From an uncultured delta proteobacterium (lineage in GTDB: Bacteria > Myxococcota_A > Polyangia > Polyangiales > JAFGIB01), in NCBI GenBank assembly GCA_963778655.1, contig CAVZVA010000010.1:320001-384000 (forward strand): DNA of 64,000 bases, given 5' to 3'. Each line of letters starts with the position of its first letter. The stretch's first letter is position 1. Position numbers and translations under genes: made by a program. Under the pieces are notes generated by a model. It did no database searches. It saw only the letters and a list, made by a program, of their open reading frames with translations, and had not been told where the DNA came from. Positions 55,911 through 64,000 of the stretch are shown here, piece after piece.

Positions 55911-56569
55911 CCGCGTTCGCCTGCAGCCCCGATCGACCGCGCCCGGCGCCCCGGCTCCGCGGCCTGGCCGCCTTGATCCTCGGCTGCGGCTGGTTGGCCT
56001 GCGGCGGCTGCGCCTCCGGGCCGCGCGCCGCGCCCGCGCCGAGCTCACCGCTCACGCCGCAGCGGCTGTACCCACTGATCGCCGGCAGCGCGTGGTCGTA
56101 CGACGTAGACACCGGGGACGGCGCACCGGTGTTGGCGATCGCGCGCGTCACCGAGGCCAGCGCGGACCGGGCCACGGTGCAGGGCGGAGAGGGCGCCACG
56201 CACTATTCCATCCGGCCGGACGGCTTGTTTCGTGAGGAGCGCGGCGGCTACCTGCTCAAGGCACCGATCCACGAGGGCGCTCATTGGCCCTCGGGGGGCG
56301 GGATGCAAGCCCGGGTCGAGCACATGCACGTGGCGCTGGACACCCCGGCCGGCCATTTCAGCGGTTGCGTCGAGGTGGTGGAGCAAGGCTCGACCAGCGG
56401 CGCCGTGATCGCGACCACCTACTGCCCCGACGTGGGGCCGGTGCAGGTGATCTCGAGCATGCGGCTGCAGCTCGGCCAGCAAACCGTGCAGGTGGTGGGC
56501 CGCCTGCGCGGCTACCGCGTGGGCACGGAACCGGCCCCCGCCACCCCGGCCAAACCCGCGTCCCCCTGA
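55907..56569 (+). CDS. Hypothetical lipoprotein
   Basis: Signal peptide with Cys; YPL..GSAWSY, TPAGHFSGC and YCPDVGPV motifs. Confidence 0.65.
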   Translation: MTAFACSPDRPRPAPRLRGLAALILGCGWLACGGCASGPRAAPAPSSPLTPQRLYPLIAGSAWSYDVDTGDGAPVLAIARVTEASADRATVQGGEGATHYSIRPDGLFREERGGYLLKAPIHEGAHWPSGGGMQARVEHMHVALDTPAGHFSGCVEVVEQGSTSGAVIATTYCPDVGPVQVISSMRLQLGQQTVQVVGRLRGYRVGTEPAPATPAKPASP

Positions 56570-56836
56570 CCGTATGGGTCCGTCGTGTAGGCGGGCGCCT
56601 TCCAGCGCGGGCGGCAGGTGCCGCTGTGCATCGATTCTGATCGCAAAAATACTTTCTTTGTGCACGGCCTCGGCTTGCGATTGGCGTGAGTTTCCCCTAA
56701 ATTAACTTGTATCTAGAAGCCTTGCGCCGGTGCGAGTGGAGGTTGGTCGCGCGGGCTTCGGAACGGGCCGTTGAGCCAGGCCAGGGCCGCGATGCCGGCG
56801 CCCTGGCCAATGGCCGGCGGTTGGAGTTGGCCGATT

Positions 56837-58387
56837 ATGTCCGTACCGCCGCCCTCGCTTTCTGCTCCTGTTCCCAGCGCCCCCACGAACTACTTGCTGT
56901 TCTCGGACGTGCACCTGGGTGCCGACCTGGTGCAACACGCCCGCCCCTGGACGATCTCACGGCTGCGCCAGGTGCTGCGCGTGGACCGTGAGCTGTCCGC
57001 GATGCTCGACCACTACCGCGCGCAGCGCGATGCCGAACGGCCCTGGACGCTGATCATCGCCGGCGACCTAGTGGACTTCATGGGCATGTCGATCGCGCCG
57101 GCGGTCGGCACCGAGCTCGAGACGCCGCTGACCGCAGAGGAGCGCAGCCACGGCCTGGGCAGCGCGCGCGATCACGCGGTGCACAAGATGCGCGCGGTGG
57201 CCGAGCGGCACGACCTGGTGTTCCGCAAGCTCGCGCAGTTCGTTGCGGCGGGCCACTCGCTGGTGCTGATCCGCGGCAACCACGACGTCGAGTTCTACTG
57301 GGAGACGGCGCGCCACGCGTTCGTGCAGGCGCTGCTCGAGCGCGCGCCCGAGGCGTTGAGCGATGCCGATGCGCGCGCCGCGTTTCAGGCGCGGATCGAG
57401 TTCCGCCACTGGTTCTACTACGTCGAGGGCTTGCTCTACGTCGAGCACGGCCACCAGTACGACGAGACCTGCAGCTACCAGCACGTGCTGATGCCGCTCT
57501 CGCCCAACGACCCGCGGCGCATCGCCTACTCGTTTTCCGACATCCTGATGCGCTACGTGGTGCGGCCTACGCGCGGGCTGGGCATGTCCGGCCACGACGG
57601 CAAGAACATGGGGTACTACCTGCACATGGCTTTCTCGCTCGGGCTGCAGGGCGCTTTGCGCCTGGGCTATCGCTATGGCCGCGCGGTGGTTGCCATGCTG
57701 CGCAGCTGGCGCGAGCACGTCAGCGCGCGCGCCCGCGATCTGCGGCACGAGCACGAGCGTCACATGCACCAGGTCGCCGAGCGCGTGCGCATCAGCCGCG
57801 AGCGCCTGCACGCGCTGGCCGCGCTCTCGGCCGCGCCGGTTAACGGTCGATTCTTCGCCATCCTGCGCAGCGTGTTTCTCGATTTGGCCGCGGCGATGGC
57901 CGCCTCGACGCTGCTGCTGGCGGTGCTGCTGGCGACCGGCGTGGTGCCGCTGGCCTGGGTCGCCCCTGCCGCGGGGCTGCTCGGCGCCGGCATCTACCTG
58001 TGGATGAAGTCCTCGCGCGTGATCGACCAGTGCGCGGCGCTGCGCCTGGGCGCGGCCCGCGTGGCCGAGCTGATGCCGGCGCGCTTCGTGGTGATGGGCC
58101 ACACCCACGCGCCGGTGATGGAAGCCATCGGCGGAGGCGTCACCTACGTCAACCTCGGCGGCTGGGCCGTCGACGACCTCGACATCGCCGAGGGCGCGGT
58201 GGCCGAGGCGCCCTGCACGCACCTGGTGATCCACCACGTCGACGGTCAGCCGCACGCCGAGCTACGGCGCTGGAGCAGCGAAGGCGGCGCTTCGCTGGTG
58301 CAGTCGAGCGCGGCCACGCCTACCGACCTGCCGGCCGAGTCGGGGGTGCACGCGCGGCCGCAGCGCGCGCACGAACGCACGGGCTGA
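56837..58387 (+). CDS. Calcineurin-like metallophosphoesterase with a TM hairpin
   Basis: SDVHLG, GDLVD, GNHD, EHGH, MGHTH motifs. Confidence 0.85.
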   Translation: MSVPPPSLSAPVPSAPTNYLLFSDVHLGADLVQHARPWTISRLRQVLRVDRELSAMLDHYRAQRDAERPWTLIIAGDLVDFMGMSIAPAVGTELETPLTAEERSHGLGSARDHAVHKMRAVAERHDLVFRKLAQFVAAGHSLVLIRGNHDVEFYWETARHAFVQALLERAPEALSDADARAAFQARIEFRHWFYYVEGLLYVEHGHQYDETCSYQHVLMPLSPNDPRRIAYSFSDILMRYVVRPTRGLGMSGHDGKNMGYYLHMAFSLGLQGALRLGYRYGRAVVAMLRSWREHVSARARDLRHEHERHMHQVAERVRISRERLHALAALSAAPVNGRFFAILRSVFLDLAAAMAASTLLLAVLLATGVVPLAWVAPAAGLLGAGIYLWMKSSRVIDQCAALRLGAARVAELMPARFVVMGHTHAPVMEAIGGGVTYVNLGGWAVDDLDIAEGAVAEAPCTHLVIHHVDGQPHAELRRWSSEGGASLVQSSAATPTDLPAESGVHARPQRAHERTG

Positions 58388-58507
58388 GCGGCGCTTTTGC
58401 GAGGGACGGCCGCGCGCGCCGATCGGGGTCCGCACGGGGTCTGTGGCGGGGCCGCCCCGGCGCGGCATTTCCCCGGTGTTTTCAGCGGTTAGATGCCGCA
58501 TTCCTGG

Positions 58508-61106
<2,599 letters not shown>

Positions 61107-61141
61107 GCAGGCCATCCGTGCATGCGCGCTCGGGTGATGGG

Positions 61142-61210
61142 GATTCACAAAGAAGGCGGGAAGACGAGAAGCTCGGAGCAAGCCCTTTCTTCCCGTCTTC
61201 CTGTTGCATC
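61142..61210. repeat. REP-like imperfect palindrome (GGAAG family)
   Basis: GATTCACAAAGAAGGCGGGAAGACGAGAAG ... CTTCCCGTCTTCCTGTTGCATC. Confidence 0.7.
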
Positions 61211-61259
61211 TTCCGGAAGCCATTGCCGAACGCCCGCGGCCTGGGCTAGCTAGGGAGCC

Positions 61260-61877
61260 ATGCGGGAATTGCTGCGCGATGGGCCTGCCGGTGCCGAGCA
61301 TCGGGTGGTGCTGGCCCATGGCGCGGGCGCCGGCATGCGCTCGCCCTTCATGCAAGCCGTGGCCGAAGGGCTCGGCGCGCGCGGGCTCTCCGTGGTGCGC
61401 TTCGAGTTCCCGTACATGGCCGAGCGCAGCACCGGGCGATCTCGGCGTGGCCCCGGGCGCGCCGAGCTGCTGACCGGGAGCTTCATGCAGGTGCTGGCGC
61501 AACTCGGCGGCGCCGAACGATTCGTGATCGGCGGCAAGTCGATGGGTGGGCGTATCGCCAGCATGATCGCCGACGAGGTCGGCGCCCGCGGCCTGCTCTG
61601 CTTCGGCTACCCGTTCCACCCACCGGGCAAGCCCGCGGCGCTGCGCACCGCGCACCTGCGCGCGCTGCGCGCTCCGGCGCTGATCGTGCAGGGAACACGC
61701 GACAGCATGGGCACGCGCGAGGACGTCAGCAGCTACGCGCTGGCCAGCTCGATCCGCGTGCTCTGGATCGAGGACGGCGACCATTCGCTGCGGCCGCGGC
61801 GGCGCGCCGGCCAGAGTCCCGAGCAAGCGCTGCAGACGGCGATCGACGCGGCCGCCGACTTCGTACGCGCGCTGTGA
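61260..61877 (+). CDS. Alpha/beta hydrolase (KANL3/Tex30-like)
   Basis: LAHGAGAGM, GGKSMGGR, GYPFHPPG, QGTRD, GDHS. Confidence 0.9.
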   Translation: MRELLRDGPAGAEHRVVLAHGAGAGMRSPFMQAVAEGLGARGLSVVRFEFPYMAERSTGRSRRGPGRAELLTGSFMQVLAQLGGAERFVIGGKSMGGRIASMIADEVGARGLLCFGYPFHPPGKPAALRTAHLRALRAPALIVQGTRDSMGTREDVSSYALASSIRVLWIEDGDHSLRPRRRAGQSPEQALQTAIDAAADFVRAL

Positions 61878-61892
61878 GCCGGCTGTCCCGGA

Positions 61893-61965
61893 GATTCAAC
61901 AGGAAGCCCGAAAGACGGGAGGAACGACAACTTCCATCCGGACTTCCCGTCTTCCCGCCTTCCTG
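61893..61965. repeat. REP-like imperfect palindrome (GGAAG family)
   Basis: GATTCAACAGGAAGCCCGAAAGACGGGAGG ... CTTCCCGTCTTCCCGCCTTCCTG. Confidence 0.7.
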
Positions 61966-62044
61966 CGGTTGTCTCCTTCTCTACGACGCAACGCGGCGAT
62001 CCGTGCAGCGCGAAATACGCTCGGCTCGAGTGTGGCCTCGGGCG

Positions 62045-63496
62045 TCACGTCCGCGGCGGCGATTGCAAACGGCTCTCCATCACTGCGATGGCCAGGCGGG
62101 CGAGCAGCTTCGCGTGGATCTGCCCGAAGGCGCCGTTGGACATCGCGACCACCGTGTCACCGGGCTGAGCCAGCGCTGCGATCCGCTCCACGATCGCATC
62201 GACCCCGTCCGGAGTCTCGGCGCTGCCGCCGCGCGCACGGATCTCAGCCGCGACCGCGGCGATGTCGAGCTTCTCTGCGTCCGCGATCTCCGCGCGTCCG
62301 ACCGGCGCGAGCAGCACCACGTCGGCGGCGCGAAACGCGGGCGCGTACTGCGCCTGGTGGAGCCTGCGCGACGCAGTCGCGCTGCGCGGCTCGAACACCG
62401 CGAACAGCTTGCCCTGCGGGTGGCGGCCTCGCAGCGCGTCGAGTGTCTCGGCGACTGCGGTCGGATGGTGCGCAAAGTCGTCGTAGACGCGCACGCCGCG
62501 CGCCACGCCGCGCAGCTCCTGCCGCCTGCGCACGCCCGAGAAGCGCGGCAGCGCACCCGTGAGCGCGTGCACCGGCGCGCCCGCGCCCTCCGCTCCCATT
62601 GCGATCGCGGCCAGCGCGTTCTTGACGTTGTGACGGCCCGGCAGTGGCGACAGCACGCGCCCGCAGCTGCTGCCGCCGAAAAACAGGTCGAACGGCTGAA
62701 ATCCCGGTTCCGGGCGCGCGGGCGCCGCGAGCCATTCGGGCGCGATGCCGGCGGTGTCCTCACCTTCGAGTGCGAAGTAGCGTACCGGACAGGGCGCCCG
62801 CGCCGCGACCGCTCGCACTTCCGGGTCGGCGGCATTGGCGATCAGCAGCCCGTCCGCAGGCAGCAGCGCCACCAGCTCGACGAACGCGGCGCGATAGGCC
62901 TCGAGCTGAGGGTAGATGTCGATGTGGTCGTGCTCGATCGCGTGGATCAGCGCCACCTTGGGGACGTATTGCAGGAATTTGGGCGACTTTTCGAAAAACG
63001 CGCTGTCGTATTCGTCGCCCTCGATCACGAACGGCCCGCCGGCTGCGCCGGCGCGGAAGCTCTCGGCGAAATCGCCTGCAATCCCGCCGATCAGGAAGCC
63101 CGGAGCGAGCCCCACCGCGTCCAGCAGGAAGGCAAGCAAGGCGGAGGTCGTGGTCTTGCCGTGGGTGCCGGCGATGACGAAGCTGCGGCGCTGCTGCAGG
63201 AACATGGCGCGCATCGCGCCGGGAAACGACCTGTACGGGAGGCCGCGTTCGATCGCCGCCCGGGCCTCGGGATTGTCGGGACGGCACACGTTGCCGATGA
63301 CCACCAGATCCGGCGCCGGCGTCAGGTGCGCAGGGTCGAAGCCGGAGCGCGTCTCGATACCCCAGCGTGCCAGTGCCTCGCCCATCGGCGGATAGAACGC
63401 GCTGTCGCTGCCGGTGACGCGGTGGCCGGCTTGTTTGAGCAAGCCGGCGAAAGCCCCCATGCCGGTGCCCGCCACGCCGATCAGATGAATGTGAAT
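62045..63496 (-). CDS. mpl: Murein peptide ligase (Mpl/MurC family)
   Basis: HIHLIGVAGTGMG, YPPM, AGTHGKTTTS, EGDEYDSAFF, DDFAHHPTA, FEPRS, MSNGAFG. Start placed at ATT 63496 (see findings). Confidence 0.9.
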   Translation of the reverse strand: MHIHLIGVAGTGMGAFAGLLKQAGHRVTGSDSAFYPPMGEALARWGIETRSGFDPAHLTPAPDLVVIGNVCRPDNPEARAAIERGLPYRSFPGAMRAMFLQQRRSFVIAGTHGKTTTSALLAFLLDAVGLAPGFLIGGIAGDFAESFRAGAAGGPFVIEGDEYDSAFFEKSPKFLQYVPKVALIHAIEHDHIDIYPQLEAYRAAFVELVALLPADGLLIANAADPEVRAVAARAPCPVRYFALEGEDTAGIAPEWLAAPARPEPGFQPFDLFFGGSSCGRVLSPLPGRHNVKNALAAIAMGAEGAGAPVHALTGALPRFSGVRRRQELRGVARGVRVYDDFAHHPTAVAETLDALRGRHPQGKLFAVFEPRSATASRRLHQAQYAPAFRAADVVLLAPVGRAEIADAEKLDIAAVAAEIRARGGSAETPDGVDAIVERIAALAQPGDTVVAMSNGAFGQIHAKLLARLAIAVMESRLQSPPRT

Positions 63497-63537
63497 CGCA
63501 GTCCCTCCGCGCTCCGGCCGTAACCGGTGTGGGTGGA

Positions 63538-63546
63538 AGCATACCA
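63538..63546 (-). promoter_or_regulatory. Extended -10 candidate for mpl
   Basis: TGGTATGCT on the minus strand. Confidence 0.4.
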
Positions 63547-63562
63547 GAGCGCGAGGCCTAGG

Positions 63563-63590
63563 TTGACTTGCAGGGCGCGGTGTCCATACT
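63563..63590 (+). promoter_or_regulatory. Sigma70-like promoter candidate for the small ORF
   Basis: TTGACT-N16-CATACT. Confidence 0.45.
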
Positions 63591-63607
63591 GAGTTACAGG
63601 CGTCGAG

Positions 63608-63754
63608 ATGAGCAGGCAGCAGCGCAGCAAGAGACCTTTCGCAGAGCGCATCAAGGACAAGATCAAGACCTTGCTCGACGATCTGGTCGAAGCGCTGGAC
63701 GGCATCTTGGAGCCCGAGCCGCAGCCGGTTCCGGTGCGCGTCCCGCGCCCGTGA
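63608..63754 (+). CDS. 48-aa small protein absent from the ORF track
   Basis: MSRQQRSKRPFAERIKDKIKTLLDDLVEALDGILEPEPQPVPVRVPRP; GC3-rich codons and an upstream promoter candidate. Confidence 0.65.
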   Translation: MSRQQRSKRPFAERIKDKIKTLLDDLVEALDGILEPEPQPVPVRVPRP

Positions 63755-63944
63755 GTCTCAGCTTTCGGCGGGCACGGCGCGCAGCGCGCTGAACGTCAAG
63801 ACCGAGCCGCAGCGCGCGAGCGCCTGCCGCAAGCGCGGCCCTGCCGGCGTCTCTGATCTAGCGCGCGCCGCATTCGACCAGCACCTGCTGAGCGGTTGCA
63901 TGCACAGATGCGGAGCGCCGAGGCGCTCAGCGCATCCTCGGCGC

Positions 63945-63998
63945 TCAGCGAGCTGGAGCGCTCCTCGCCTTGTTGGTGAAGCGCATCCGCAGGTCGAA
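63945..63998 (-). CDS. Possible 3' end of a gene entering from beyond the window
   Basis: Reads FDLRMRFTNKARSAPAR*; the stop overlaps an 11-bp hairpin at 63913-63946. Confidence 0.35.
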   Translation of the reverse strand, partial: FDLRMRFTNKARSAPAR

Positions 63999-64000
63999 CA

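Overview
A very GC-rich bacterial chromosome segment. The gene content points to Myxococcota, probably Polyangiales-like; this is inferred from Cys-rich DAG-linker lipoproteins, a MYXO-CTERM-like tail, a Hanks kinase and a VWA-like lipoprotein. Layout: (1) 1-23 kb, envelope and secreted proteins: a Tat-motif amidohydrolase paired with a pentaheme cytochrome, Cys-rich and EGF-repeat lipoproteins, a discoidin/GT-C membrane protein, amtB, and a decaying L-domain/RCC1 gene pair followed by a 164-bp MITE. (2) tolQ-tolR-TonB_C-tolB, two methyltransferases, a kinase and an orphan MCP. (3) A pentose-phosphate operon (ackA-[xfp relic]-pgl-rpiA-gnd-zwf-tkt-tal/pgi-HAD), then mscS and glgX-treY-treZ. (4) tatBC, a metallophosphoesterase, gyrB and mpl. 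No rRNA, tRNA or CRISPR array was seen. The most notable unannotated signal is a two-hairpin element present twice (31058 and 47821) with two compensatory base-pair changes; at the first locus its 3' part is amplified into a perfect 65-bp tandem array just upstream of the MCP gene. Others: a dispersed purine/pyrimidine palindrome family, a collapsed phosphoketolase relic, and a probable ATT start codon for mpl. All product calls come from reading motifs by eye; no database searches were run. Many start codons were moved downstream of the ORF-track starts.
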